The translations under genes were made by a program, and so were the position numbers. From Podarcis melisellensis (Eukaryota), in assembly GCA_964234715.1 (NCBI GenBank), contig OZ174285.1: DNA of 64,000 nucleotides; one strand, written 5' to 3'. Under the pieces are notes generated by a model, which saw only the letters and a list, made by a program, of their open reading frames with translations, had not been told where the DNA came from and did not search any database. Of this stretch, positions 37,405 to 51,400 are shown one piece after another; the stretch's first letter is position 1, and each line of letters begins with the position of its first letter.

Positions 37405-38424
37405 TTATAGCCTTCTTATAGCCTTCTTGTAGCCCCTTGTAAATAGTGTTCAAAGTATGAAACATGCCTCTGAGCAGCCTTACAACATAGCTAGCAGAAT
37501 GTGGAGTGTATTGCATTGGTTAGTTCATAGAGCACAACCCAAAGATATAGGGCTTTTCTTGATTTCAGAAGCCAGACTACGGAGGTGTTTATATCTATGA
37601 CCAGCACAACAGATGCCTTTTCAGTGTAGTTCAATTGCTGCTGTTTAATCATAAATAGTTACTACTCTTGTTATAACAATAGTACTGGCTACTTGAGGGT
37701 TTACTTGACCAAACACTGGGGACAATCTGCTTCACTGTTGTTGATTTTTTTAATGACTGCAAGCCCTTTAACTTGTTATTAGCCTTCTTTGTAATCAAAC
37801 CTATATTTTAGTGTATGGAGTCCCAAAGTGTCTTACAAAGCCAAAATTAAATAAATTTAAAATACGCAATATGCTATAACACTTTTGCCTAACTTAGCTT
37901 GATACTAGCCATGTAAGATAATAAAACAGTAGGTTAGAGCATTATTTATGAACATGAATAAGTTGCCAAATTACCTACACAGCCCTCTGTGTGCAGGCTC
38001 TTTTGAGTTGGTAAATGTTCTGATACAGAATCAATGACTCATTAACAAGGCAACTTCATAAGCAGGGCTCTGTATATGGGGGACTCAATGGTGTGCACCA
38101 GGACTGCTGGCTTATAACTTTTAAACTATTTCTTGCCACAATACCTGAAGCTGGAAACTAAAAGCATGGTTTTGAATTGGAATATACTCAGTCAAGGTAG
38201 CCAAGATGAGGGATACCTTTCTCTGGAAATGACTGTGATGCTAATAAGGAAACCGTTTGCTTAAATTTGATAATCTGTGCACAAGTTCCTGGAAATAATA
38301 TGGCTGAAATCCTAAGTATGCATACTTCGAGGTAAGCCCTGTTGCAATACAAGTAAACAAGATTAGATTTTTGTTGTAAAAGTGCAGATAGAATGTATCG
38401 TATCCATGGTCATGTACCTCCATT

Positions 38425-38570
38425 GGGTCGGTGCATCTTTCTGTTAACTAGAAAGTGGTGGTTCAAGCCCACCCAGGGACCGTTGAGAGCAGGATTCCTG
38501 CATTGCTGGGGATTGGACTAGGTGACCCTTGGAGTCCCCTCCAACTCTACAATTCTATGATTCTATGATT
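38425..38570 (+). mobile_element. tRNA-headed SINE with CR1-type tail
   Basis: GGTTCAAGCCC B box; CTGCATTGCTGGGGATTGGACTAGGTGACC..TCCAACTCTACAATTCTATGATTCTATGATT tail. Confidence 0.75.
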
Positions 38571-38613
38571 AAATAATAGAGATCAGTGAATGAAGAATGG
38601 AAGCAGCAAAGTA

Positions 38614-38839
38614 CAGTGGTACTTCGGGTTACAGACGCTTCAGGTTACAGACTCCGCTAACCCATAAATATTACCTTAGGTTAAGAACTTTGCTTCAGGA
38701 TGAGAACAGAAATTGCGCAGCGGTGGTGCGGCAGCTGCAGGAGGCCCCATTACCTAAAGTGGTGCTTCAGGTGAAGAACAGTTTCAGGTTAAGAATGGAC
38801 CTCCAGAACGAATTAAGTTCTTAACCCAAGATACCACTG
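38614..38839. mobile_element. Tc1/mariner (Tigger-like) MITE
   Basis: CAGTGGTAC / TACCACTG TIRs and TA TSD; inverted relative to the 3536 copy. Confidence 0.9.
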
Positions 38840-40977
38840 TACTGGAAAAGTAAGCTTATGTAAAATTAAAAAGTACTTCAAAACAAGTAACGACATTAAA
38901 GTAACTTATATGACACGTTGTGAGTCTGTTTACAATACTAAGGTTAATATGTCAAGCTTACCATTTTCCTATCTGCTAAAGTTCTAGGGAACATTTTAAG
39001 TGTATCTGCAACTCATGTCTAAATATGTGTTTCCATTTCCTATGTTGGTATTTCACCTGTAAAGCAGTGTTAGAAATTAGCCAGGCACCAGGCGCGTTTT
39101 GCAACTGGTGCAGGTCCAATGCGACCACGTGGAGAGCTCTGGATGCCAGGTTGGCAACTGGGGAAAGCAAAATGTCACATAGAGAAAGATCTGAAATATT
39201 TTCACTGAAGCCTGGATTTGTTTTATTCTGACTGTTTTATTTGATGTTTTAATGTGTTGTATACTGCTTTGAGATTAGTTGTTTGAAATATAAAGCGGTA
39301 TTGAAATAAATAAGAGCAGCAGCAGCGACATCATTGCAAAAAAAGTGGCACCTAGACATTCCATTGTGGTATCTGTAACCCAGGTTTAAGGTGCTATTTG
39401 GTGATTAAATTATATATCTGAGTTTCTAATACTGTTGTAAAGTCTACACTGGCTGGAATGTACATTCAATTTAAATTTTGCTGTACCCAAAGTCCCACAT
39501 TTACAATGTGGGCATGAGCAGCTCGATGCTACTCTTCAGTATTGTGTGCATATATTGTCTTGCTGACTGCACAAAGAAGCAGTTCTCCTATACTGTGATA
39601 ACAGAATGAAAAGTTGAAATTTAAAATTACTTGTCTAAATTCCTCTGCTGCAAAAGATTCTGGTAACACACAGAAATTCCCGATTCTACTCGTAAAAAAG
39701 CTAGAAATTTTACTAGCTGTTCCTGGGGTGGTTGATGGGAAAAATTTGGAAGTATTTTTATTCTAAAATATCTCTTACTAGTCATGTCTTAATGCAAGCA
39801 GGTTTATTTGCTTAAAATGGCAACAATACCTCTCTTCTATGTAACTGTGAAAGAAAAACATTCTCCCCTATTTTGCAACGGCCCTTAGAAGCACCCCTCC
39901 CCATTTTCACAGCTGCTTTACCCATAAAACCAACTCTGCATAAAAAAAAACCCTTAAACGGTGAATTGGCTCACTATAATAAAATGAGCGTGTCTTGCAG
40001 CATGAACCACAGGTTGTAGATTTGTTCCTGCTAGCATGCTTGTTCCTCAGATTTGAGCTGTGATCCATGAGTCAAACCAGTTTATGTGCAAACGCCTTAA
40101 GTTGTTTGCTTTTTTGTCTCCATTCTTCCCTTCATAACGTTTCTATTTTCCATGCTAGTGGGAAACAGCACCCTTATGCTATTCAAACCTCACTACTTCA
40201 ACATTGTTTCTTTCTGTATGTGCATATTTTATTATGACAACAGGGAGCAAACTGTTGGTGTTTTTGATTCTTTTCCAGTTTAGTTCTTACTGAAGTTGTT
40301 CCAGTTTTGGTTCAGGCCAATACAGTTTAGTTACAAGTTTGCTATATTTCAACCAGCTCAGTTTTTAGTTTCCATTGGGAAATGTGGACATTATTGACAC
40401 TACACTGATTAAGGTCAGTTGATGTCATCATGCATAATGTTATTTAGTCTTGATACTCAGGGTTAAACATACTATACAGAGAAGCATCAGTTAAGACAGA
40501 AAAAAATCCATTCTTACAGGATTTTGGAACTGAGGAAATGGAAATAGGAAAGGAACAATTTGAGATGATGGGAGAGTTGTTCCCCAGTTAAACTTCCATT
40601 ATCATGCACCTACCCACCCACATGTTGTTACCCCTCCCCCCTCTTTTTCTATTCCTTATAGCTACCTGTCTCAGAGCATGAACAGAGCGATGCTGTCTGG
40701 GTTGTGTGAGACCCTCCAGGCTTAAAGAAGCAGCTTCTAAGGGATTTTGCTTCTTAATAAGCTTCTGTGTATAGTGATCCTTGGTTCAAAGGTTAGAAAG
40801 GAAGGCTTTAAGCAACCATCTGCAGAGACTGACCAAGTAGTGCCCCATGGGGAAGAAGCTCAGCGTTGTGACAAATGCGGAACACGTTCTCTTCTAGCCT
40901 GTTGAATTGACCTTCAATTTATTACAGTGGATTCATACTTAAAGCAGCATGCTGCTGTCCTGCATGCTGTTTCCCGA

Positions 40978-41400
40978 ACATAAGGATCATCCCTGTTGTA
41001 TCAGTCTAAAGCTCTGCCTAGTCTACCTCCTTTCTTCACTCACTTGCCAACCAGAAGCTCAGGTGTGGAACATGAAAGCAGTAATCATCTGCTCTTCCCC
41101 CCAATGACTGGTATTCAGTGGCAAACTCCCTTTGAACCTGCAGAGTCCATATAGTCATAATTAGTAACTCTTGATAGACCTATACTACCTGAATTTACCC
41201 ATCTTTTTAAAGCCATCAAAGCCAGTGTCAATCCACACAATATGTGGCACTGGTTTCTTTAAATCACATGCTGTGTGAGGAAGTACTTCTGAATCTGCTG
41301 TCCATCTTTCATTGGGCAGCCCTGAGTTCCAGTAGAATTACACCACACAACATTTTATAAATCTCTATCATTTTATAAACCACTATCATATTCCATCCCT
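40978..41400 (-). mobile_element. Old CR1-type LINE 3' fragment
   Basis: AACATAAG terminus; TTGATAGACCTAT..TTTTAAAGCCATC..ATGCTGTGTGAGGAAGTACTTC motifs. Confidence 0.55.
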
Positions 41401-41702
41401 TGTTTTTTGATATTATTCATACAACATATGATTTTGGCATCAGAGTGCTAGATAGGGGACGAAGGTATGAGACTTTAAGACCAAAGAGGAGAAGATTGTA
41501 GTAGTATAGCTGAGTGGCGGCCAAGACATAAACCAGATATTTTGCTGAAGGGAGAGAGCAAGGGCTGTATTTTTGCAGTGCTGCAAGGGGAGAAGTGACA
41601 CACCTTGGATCCAGACTGAATTTGGGGACACAAAGGTGAGAGAGCAGTCAAAGAACTACAAGCCTCTTCAAATGGACAGGCAGCAACATTGTTGGTGTAC
41701 AG

Positions 41703-41831
41703 AAGAGATGGGGAACCTGTGGCCCTCCAAATGTTATTCAGCTCCAGCTGCCATAAATGATTGATCATTGACCATCTGTCTGGGGCATGTGGGATTCAAA
41801 TGACTTGAGGGCCACAGGTTCCCCTGCCCTG
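41703..41831. mobile_element. Short hAT-type MITE
   Basis: GGGGAACCTGTGGCCCTC / GAGGGCCACAGGTTCCCC perfect inverted ends. Confidence 0.8.
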
Positions 41832-41859
41832 ATGTTCAGTAAACGGAAAGTGTTTTTCC

Positions 41860-42010
41860 TTAATAAAAAGCCTTTTTGTAAAAAGCTTTGCTTCACAGGT
41901 AAGGTGCTCCATTCCCCTTTATACATCTTTTTTTGTTGAGCTCTACAATATGCATCTTGAAAGTAATTGACTAGAACTGTACACAGGGTCCCAAACATGC
42001 CCAAAGCATC
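41860..42010 (-). mobile_element. CR1 ORF2 fragment
   Basis: Minus strand TGTGTACAGTTCTAGTC resembles the CVQFWS-coding segment seen at 18277. Confidence 0.5.
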
Positions 42011-44611
42011 GGTTAATTCTTGAAAATAGCAGCATGGAATTCTAGACAAACTTAACTGTGTAAAAATCTTCCCAGAGATTTGTCATCTTTTTATAGTTTT
42101 GTGTGCCAGTGAGAGTGCCTCTATACCATTTTTAAAGGCAGAAACTTAATTGTAAATAAGTTTACTTGAATGTCTTTTTTTTTTTTTTTTGTAAGCTCAG
42201 GTTTAGGACAACTGGATAGATTTGTAATTCTATGTGTTGGCTCTGTCCATGTTCCTCTTTGTGATTTTTTTTATATGGAGAATTTATGTAATTTGATTTA
42301 GGAAACAGTGCATGCATCATTTGCTGTTGCTGCAGCATTCTTTTAGTTCACCATGAATTGTTTTTCCATTTAGATTGGACATGCTCATGAATGGTTCTGC
42401 GTGTTAACACAGTGGGAAATTTGTACACACCACTTCATTCTGGGAAAAGTAATGCTAGTGTCCCTATTATTAAATAGGAATGTTATTGCTTGTTGTTGTG
42501 CATGCTGTGTGGATCCTAATGGTCATTGTAAGGATGGAGACCCTCACATTAGGAATGCAGCATGCTGGGAGGAGAGACTTATCCTTTCTCTCGCCAGCCA
42601 AGTTCCTGAAGAAAAATTCCCCCTGAGCTCCACAATTAGGAATAGGAAAAGGCTCCCTTTGGTGCTAATGGGAGCTTTATTCCTATCCTTAATTCCAGTG
42701 TATGAGAGTTGCAAGGGTATTTATTGGGATCATGCCAGGGGAGAAAAAGGTTATATCTGTCCTCCCTATATGCCTCCTCAGGGCCTCTCACTCTTGCTCT
42801 TAAAACAAAGCTGATGTGATTGCCAATGATGCATTTAGCGTCATGTGTAGTTGGCCCTCATTTCCACATTGAAACAACAACGACAAAAAGAATTTGAGAA
42901 AAACATTGGTAATAAATTGGATATCCATTTTATAATTATGTTAGCTTTTCCCCTCTTCTATCATTTCCTGTATTTGTCTAATGCATACATAGTAGTAATT
43001 CCTATGGTTAGTTTGTAGTAATTCCTATGGCTAGTTTCCCAAAAACTGCTTCAGAATCTTTAAAAAGAAACAGAATAATGGGATTATATTGCAATCGCCT
43101 TGGAAGCAGTTCCATTGGATTTCATATAATGGTCAGTGTGTAGGGAATCCCAAATTCACTCTTGAGGTTTATTGGCAGAATTAAAAAGGGATGGATGTTT
43201 GTAGCACCTCTTTGTTGGTTAGTCCCTGTTTGAATCTGCTATCTCACATAGTTAACTCTTGCCAAAGACTTGCTTTGGGAATTTGGAATGTATTCACTTC
43301 GCCACAGGCAACAGTAGAGTGCTGTCCAATCTAATGGATTGAAGCAAGTGTGATCAGAATTGGGTTTTTTGGAGAACAGACAGTTTGAATTGTAATGTTA
43401 AGTGCACATCAAAGGAAAAACATGACTTTAGGGCACCTGTGGTGTGTTTTAATGGCAGGTGGAAGGGACAGGAGGACCATAAGAAATTCTTGTGGGAAAC
43501 AGCATTGTATTGGTTTGCATGTAGATTGTGGGGAGCACATAGTCCTCTTGTATTACACTAATTGGAGGGGCTACAATGGTATTTTGACCCAGTTAAGATG
43601 CAAGGAGGTAAGGGTCAAGAATGAACTTGTCTCCCCTTGCTAATTGTGTCTCAGTAGGGGATTTTGTCTCATGGTTGTCTCAAGAACCATAGCTCGATAT
43701 ATCTAGTTTAAAGTATATTATACTAACTAGGTTTTCAGTGGCTTCAGAGTATTAAATATAAATGCACCTAATATGGAAGATTCAGAAGTCATGTCTTCAG
43801 TCACTTATCCAGGCAGAATGTGTTCAGAAACATTAGTTTAGGCCTTCTGATGGGATGTGCACTCTGTTAGGCACCCCCAGAGGATTGTGTGTTGAAGCTT
43901 GAGCTTCCAGTAAATGCTCCCCCTTGCCACTCTGACCCTGGCTCTTCCACAAAGCTTTTCCCCCATTTCCCAACCCTGAAGAACTGATTTAAATGAGGAA
44001 TTAATTTCAGTGAAGTAGAATAAATTAATTGGAATAGGAAAAGAGTTCTGACTATATAATACTCTAGGGTTTATATTCACTTTTAATGTGTTCACTATCC
44101 CTGTCCCTTTGGGGGAGAATCGCTGCCGCTTACTAAAGTCCCCATTAATTTTCTAGCAAGGAGTCAATGTTTTAAACCACAGTGTCTACCATATTACCAG
44201 GAACTTATATATAAATCCTGTGTTTGACCTTCTGAATTCCCATTTTTCATGTTGATAGCCACAAGTACTTAAAAGTGGATGAAGAAGTTAAAAAGTGTAA
44301 GTTTGGTAGAATAATGACCGGATAACAATTTGCACATACAGTTAACATGGCATCCTTAGTTTGGTGGAAGCTTTCCACCAAAAGCTCATATCCTATTTCC
44401 ATGAGTACCCAACCATTCTAATATAAAGAGAGCCATTACTGTGCATGGCATCTCACAGAACACAAGAGGACAGTGGGGAGACAGTCAAGGCTGGGAAGTA
44501 GAAGCAGGGTCAAGAGGAAAAGAATGGGTTTATTCAGCTGTACTTATTTAGTCTTAGTTACAGTAGATAATAGACTCTATTGTAATTTTAAATTCTGGTA
44601 TATATGGAGTG

Positions 44612-44815
44612 ATAAGAATACCATAACCCTGCTTGATCAGTTCAAACAAAGGCCTATATGGTCCAGCATCCTGTTCTCAGGGTGGCCAACAGATGCCTTT
44701 GGGAAGCCCAGAAGCAGGACATGGGCAGAATTGCATTTTTCCCACATGTGATTCCCAGCAACTGGTATTCAGAGGAATATTGCCTCCAACATTGAGGTAG
44801 CATTTGGCTAACATG
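44612..44815 (-). mobile_element. CR1-type LINE 3' end
   Basis: ATAAGAA..CTGCTTGATCAG..AGGCC..GTCCAGCATCCTGTTCTC..GTGGCCAACAGATGCC..CCCAGCAACTGGTATTCAGAGG. Confidence 0.65.
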
Positions 44816-44827
44816 ACTCGCGACTGC

Positions 44828-45015
44828 TAGGTTTGCTGTATTTAAAAAAGTAAAAACCAGGACACTTTTTTAAGACACCAAAAAATTGTGATTTTTGGAT
44901 TGACTTGCCTAAGATCCAGGACAAAGCACTGCCTTTCAGAAATTCCCCATGGAGGTCAATTCCACCTTTGAAACCTCTTTAATGTCTGGAAAACTCCAGA
45001 CGTATGACATCCCTA
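44828..45015. mobile_element. MITE with TAGGGTTGCC-like termini
   Basis: TAGGTTTGC ... GACATCCCTA ends; internal CCAGGACA repeats. Confidence 0.45.
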
Positions 45016-47834
45016 CTGTTGACAGCGTAATCATCCAGGATAGTATTTGCATAATATTTCCATTTGATGCTTTTTTTAATTTAAAGTTTGTGTCTGATGT
45101 TATTTCTCTGTATCAGAAACAAACAAGATCCTAACCCAACCACTTACATTGCTTTAAAATTATCCATCCCACACCCTCAGCAAATAATCCTACCTGTTTA
45201 TCATTAATGGTGTCTGCAACATATCATTCAGTCACATATCATTCAGTCAGACTCCCCCACCCCCACCCCAAAAGGTGAACAAATACATGAGAGACAAAAT
45301 ACACGGAAAAATCTGCATAGGCCCAATTAAAACATTTCATTGAGATTGCCCAGGATTAATTTTATGTAGCTATGCAAGTCTTTGCAATATTGAAGTTCAG
45401 TTCTGTATAATATAGGTAGAAGAAATAAAAACTTTGTATTACGTGATACTACAAACGCAGTCTTAAGAATACGTAGGTAAGCCCTCCATTTTTCTGTTAC
45501 TAGTTCTGTTTCCTCTGGAATTTCCTCATGCATTTAAAAGGCCATAGATTGCTTAAAGGCTGAAGGCCCTGTGCTTTTGTGCTCAGGCTGACAGAGGGGG
45601 AAATGGTGGTGTTCCATAGATGACCACAATTAGTATGGAAGGATAAGGGAATCTGCCTTTCAGAAGTGCACACTACTTAAGTATTTGGACAAAATTAACA
45701 ATGCACTACTCTCAAACTTCTCATCATGGACAGGATACAAAGAACTGTGACAATAAACCCAACAAACCCAAGGATGATATCTGAGTGTGGTCTCCCTAAA
45801 TACCCCCCCCTCACATTTCACATGTTAAACTGCTTTTGGAACTGAAGGAAGAGTCCAAAGTAATGTGTAATGTAATAGTGGGGAAAGGCCTATGAGCTTT
45901 GGGCCCACTTTGGATGCTGGTGCGCCTAAACAGCTCCTTGGATCCTGGCCACTCTTTCCTTTCCAAATCTACAAGGGGGAATAACAGTGAGCTAAGGGGT
46001 AACTACTTCTGCTCAAGTGTGAAGTGTACAGCTGGAAGAATGCATTCGGCAGTGAACCAGGGGTAAATTGCCTGTGCAAATGCGCCTTACCTAGGTATGA
46101 GAGACTCTGAATTTAATTATAGATATCCAGAAGAACCTAGTTTCAATTGTCTGCTTTTGTCATTGCTTATTTAAACAAACTGACATCTTGCATATTGTAT
46201 ATGCTTTGAAACAAAAAAAGTGTGAAATAAGGATTTTTTGAGTGTCTTAACTTTTCTGTATCTTCTATGAGTGCTCCAGATTTGCTGAATTGCTGCTCAG
46301 TGACATGTATTGATTTGATTCTCCAGTGACTTCCACCAGAAATAGCAGTGGCACGTTAGAAGAATTCTCACGCCTAAATATTGCTTCTCTTAATAATGAT
46401 ATTAATAAAACTATTAAGCAATATAAATGTGGCCATTTGTAAACCAAATCTTAGATATTCTGTCTGGATTTTTAAAATAATCCAGTGGGATATGAAAAGA
46501 AACAAAGGATGGAACTTTCTACACAATTGATCTGTCTTCTCAAATGACATTTCAGAGTTTCAGTGATAATCCTGCAAGTTACTGGTCAGTGTATTCCTGT
46601 TTGGGGTAGGTATCCAAACAATAAAAAGAAACAGAGGAAAAAGCTACTACAAGATATAAAATTGCTGCTGGGGGTTAGTCCTACGGCTGGTTGATGTTAA
46701 ATTTATGCAAACAGTCCTTAACCTAATTTATTGTTCTGTGGACAAACTGAAAGATAAACTCAACAGAATACTGAGATTTGGCAGTCACAACTAGGAAAAG
46801 TATTGCCTTTTTTATTCAGCATGAGATACTAAGGGGCCCTCATGTATACATGAGGTGGCTTCCACTCATTTGTTTGACCTTGTGCTATAGTTTTGTAGAA
46901 AACAATAAAACTAATCAAAAGATGTTTTCCTACCTGTGTGGAAACAGGGATAGAATCTGTATATTAAAAGGTGAAAGCTCTATATCATCTGAAGGGAAAC
47001 CATAGTATCTATATTTTGTGGCAATGAAGAAGCTCATCTGCTAGCACTCACATAAGCGTTTGCGGAACAATGCTAGTGGCTATAATTCTCTGGCTCCAAC
47101 CCATTGTGCTTTCTTATGCTGTCCCTGCAACAGAAATGCAAGCTTGAGGGGAAGATACATGCACACTGCACAAATGAAAAACAAATGCATTATACAGACA
47201 TGCCATAGAAGTAACTTTAAAGAGCTAGAGTGCAATATCTGGAAGAGCTGAAGTAACAGTAACAGCATAACGGAGATTAGAGAAGTAGGACAGTAGAAGG
47301 AGAATTGTGCTAGGAATGCAAAAGTGTTCCCAAAGTAATGTTACTTTTGAATTTGAAATAAAGTATGAAATACTTTCAGCATCACTCATAACCTTAAATG
47401 CATTTGCTAAGATCGTGTTTTTAAAGGATGTTTTGATTTCAGTTTGATTTCAGTTTTAATTTTATACAGTTTTTGAAAGAAAGTGACAACACAGTAAAAA
47501 TGGTAAGAGGCATGCGATTTTAGTAAGTTGGAAAAACGGCATAATTGGGAAGTGACATCTTAAAATGTATTACTAAATTGATTAAAAGACAGAATAAAAG
47601 CCAATGTGTATCTCCAGTCAGTTGTATTGGTTGTAATAGTATATCCTATTTTTCAAGCCTTGCAAAACATTCCCCCTAAGAGGCTCATAATCTGCAACTG
47701 CTTGATTTAGTTGCAGAGATGTAAAGGTTCAGGGGAAGGAGTTTTATAAATTTTGCTAAACTAGTTTTCTTTCCTGTTGATACCCCCCTTGTTTTTTCAG
47801 AGGATAGATTGGAAACCTTCAAGGAAATCTCATG

Positions 47835-48485
47835 CATACCTCTCAATGTCCCAATTTTCTAGAGAGACTCTGGGAATTATGAAAGCCATTCTGGCTTCTG
47901 AATTGATCCTGGAATGTCCCTATCCTCCCCCCCCCACCCCCGGCCAGCACTGCCACCAAGCTTGGGGAGGAGAATGAGCTGGCGCTTGTCCCAAGCGATG
48001 ACTATGGCAGCAGCTGTGGCTGCAAAGGAGCATCCCCGTTGCCGCTGCTGGCCTCCTCCCTTGGGCTGCTTGTAGCAGCTTCCAAAGAGCGAAAGAGGAG
48101 AGGCTGTCGCTGCGAAGGCCCAGCCTCACGTGATGCACTGACTCTGAGTGGTAGGCAGAGGGCAGGCCTGGCAGGGGCAGGAAGAAAGCGGGAGCAGAGT
48201 GCGAGTCTTGATTTTTTATATTTTTAATGCTTTGTGTATCTGCTTCTAATCTTGCCCCTTTTAAAAAATTATTTATTGGTGTGTGTTTTTCTTTTTGTAA
48301 ATCTACCAAAGAATAAAATAAAATAAAATTGGGATTAAGGGGTTTTCTCAGGATGGTGGAGAGAGTGTGTGCCCCATTGGTGTAGTGGTGGCGGCATTTG
48401 CCCTTCTCATAGGAAATGAACTGGGAGGGTCAGTTGGAGAGTGAGAAATGTCCCTATTTTCATCTGAGAAATGTTGGACAGTATG
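47835..48485. mobile_element. DNA transposon remnant (CATACC...GTATG termini)
   Basis: CATACCTCTCAATGTCCC / AAATGTTGGACAGTATG ends flanking a GC-rich interior. Confidence 0.5.
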
Positions 48486-51400
48486 CTGATGTGTTTTCTC
48501 AGTTAACTTATTTCTGAAGCAACATGTTCAAATAATATTATTGCACAGCTAATTCGTGCTGCAGCAAATAACTTGTATCCAAGATATTAAAGGCTGTATC
48601 CATTGTTAGCCATACTCAAAGTATACTCATTGAAATCAGTAATATGCACAGGTCTTTTGCCTGCGCACTCCGCATGATTGCCATGAACTATGATTTAACC
48701 TAGAAGTCTCTAATTAACCATAGGTTGCCATTTCATCCAAATTGGTTAACTGTGGTTACTAATTTTAGAACCAAACAAGATATTAAATTATAATTTGAAG
48801 TTGGTTTAACTTCCTTGCTTGCTCCAAAGCTGGTAAGCATGGTTTCCTAGTTCAGATGGAATGCGAAACTTGTTAGTTAGTGAAATTTGCTTTAAATCAC
48901 AGCTTGTTTGAATGGGCTTAGTAAGCAGAGATGATAGTCTTTACTGGTACATGGATGGAAATTATGTTCAAATGTTACAGAAGATATTCAGGCATTTGGT
49001 GCAGGAGTTGAATCATGGAAAATAATCTGATGAATGGTGGAAAGTGCATATACAAAATCTTAAATTTTGTACATGTTGGTAGTAAGCAACTGAACAGAAT
49101 ATTCCACTTTATGAAAACCTTCAATTTAATGAAGTCCACAAAGCTCAAATGAATGAGTATCAGGCATTATGAATCTTTCAGACACTGATAAAGAGAAATC
49201 TGAGTTATGCTAGTATTTTCGAAAAAGTGTATATGGAGAAGGAGTATGATATAAATACAGTAAATATGGTTTTAGGATAACCAATTTTCACTACAGTTAT
49301 TATGGATACTGGTTACTAAAAAGGTGCATAGGGCAGGCTTCAGCTCCCATGGAGTTCTTATGAAGCTTCCTTCCAAGTATACGTGCACAAAATTGTGCTG
49401 GTGATATGTTAAGAAGTTCAATGCTATGTTCATAAAGTGTAGCGTAATAAGCAAATTGATTCCAAATTGCTTGCAGCACCAGGTAAAAACTTACTTGTTC
49501 ACCTGGTATTTGGAAGTATCTGTTTGTTCATAGTCTTTAGTGTAATTACTGACCGCTGCAAACTTGTATTATTATTATTTTATAAAAGCTTGACTTCTCT
49601 GGTAGTGGTCTTTATTTTTTAATTGTGTTTCTGTTCATTGGTGGCATCCATTGTTTTGTTTTTTAAATATCATTTGCATACCATCCTGGGATCTGAAATG
49701 CGTGAAGGACAGTCTAAAAGTTCAATAAATGAAAAACAAACTTACTTTTCTTTTATATTGTACGGATAACTGGCCTTTGCCATGCTTCGCATTCATTAAA
49801 GATCATTATTTTTCTCAAGTTCACAAGTCACATTTATGTCCGTTCATGACTTTAGTGGTTTTAAATCTCTTAATTGGTCTTTTGAGATATTTGCAACATA
49901 TGTACATTTTAGGTAAGAGTCTTAACATTTCGTTGGTTATGACAAAATGTGAGCATTAAGTAATTACAGGCTTTCTAACCTGATTTGCTAAAAACTCAAC
50001 TTTTCCCACTCTACTGATGAAATCTATTTGCAAGTGGCTGAAATGAATAGCAGCTGCTTAGAATATCTCATTTAAGAGGGAGGTCATTTAGCATCAGTAT
50101 AAGCCTTGCATTGAGAGAGCTGCAGAGAGACTTCGATTGGTGTAATTCCCAAGTCTACGGGAACAAGATGAGCTTGTGTTCTTGAACTTTCTAAGCAGCA
50201 GTAGATTTCTATCATATATGTATCCTGCCCTTCCTCTAATGATCTTAGAGCAGTGCTTTGGACACTCTCAGCAACCCTCTATGCCAGTTAGTCTGAGAGA
50301 AGCTAATATGTCCAAGGCCAACTTGCGAGCAGTGTAACTTGGAATAAATGTAAGTCTAGATTTGCTGCATGCAAATCTAATGTACCTCAAGTGCACTACA
50401 TACTCCCAGTGCTGCTAGTAAAAGAGAGCTAGCAAACTGCCCACTGTTACTTCTGTTCTAGCATGTGAGCAAGAGCCAGTGAAGAAAATGTGTTCACATA
50501 GTTCACTTGTGTGCATTTTCTTACCATCTTAGATAGACCCATTGAAATTAATCTGGGAGTATGGCATCCAGTCTAATATACCATTTAGTAGGATAGAAAG
50601 GGGAATACTTCCATGTACTGGTTTCTGGATTGTCTCATACTCTTGTCTGCTACCAGAAAGGGTAGTGTTAAGGAGAAATTATTGAATTACTGCAGTTCTT
50701 GACCTTTTATAAGGATATAAGGTTTTTGCTCCGATCTCTTGCATTATGTACAGAAAATGGCTTGAGTGTCTGATGTGGTGCCAGTTCCAATTTTCCATTT
50801 CTGCTCCTTAGCCTAGCTCCCAGAGCCAGCCTGTAGATCTGTGTTGATGTAGTGAATGAGAACTTTGTACGGTGGCAAATCAAATTCATCTATTTGTATA
50901 CATGATGGCTGACTATTGGGGGAGTATTGATTATGAGTAAGCGCCTTTCTACACAATTATTTTTACACAATAAAAGTGATGTTGCCACTATCTCCAAGAA
51001 AATGAAGCATCTTGCCCAGGAGGTCTGCCTTTTAGCAAGATATGCCATTTTTTCATTACTGAATGCCAATGTTTTCTTGTTGCTGTGGAAAATGATTGCT
51101 GAACCAATTGCTTTGAGGGATGTGGTAGAGCAAATGTCACCATAGCCTATGATTATATTGTAGTAAGTGAAAGATGTATGACCCCTTTCAGCCTCTAGGA
51201 AACATACTGTCCTGTTCACAACAATTGTTGCAAACCATGTCCATGATATTCCATTATGCAAGTTGTCTTTGTTCATATGAGTGCATTCCTGAAAGAGGTA
51301 GGAACTGATGTGGTAGTATGGTGCAAATTCAGCTTGAGGTTTTGTCAGTTTCTGAGTTTCATGTAGACCCAAAGTGGAATAGATAATAATTATCTAGACT

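Noticed and set aside
38597-38824. Shared peptide YSGTSGYR.FRLQTPLT (also at 55597)
   Set aside because: Translation of the Tigger-like MITE terminus.
49900-49918. Recursive-splice-like TTTTAG|GTAAGA (also CACAG|GTAAGG at about 41898)
   Set aside because: Weak pyrimidine tract, or located inside a CR1 remnant; such motifs are expected by chance.
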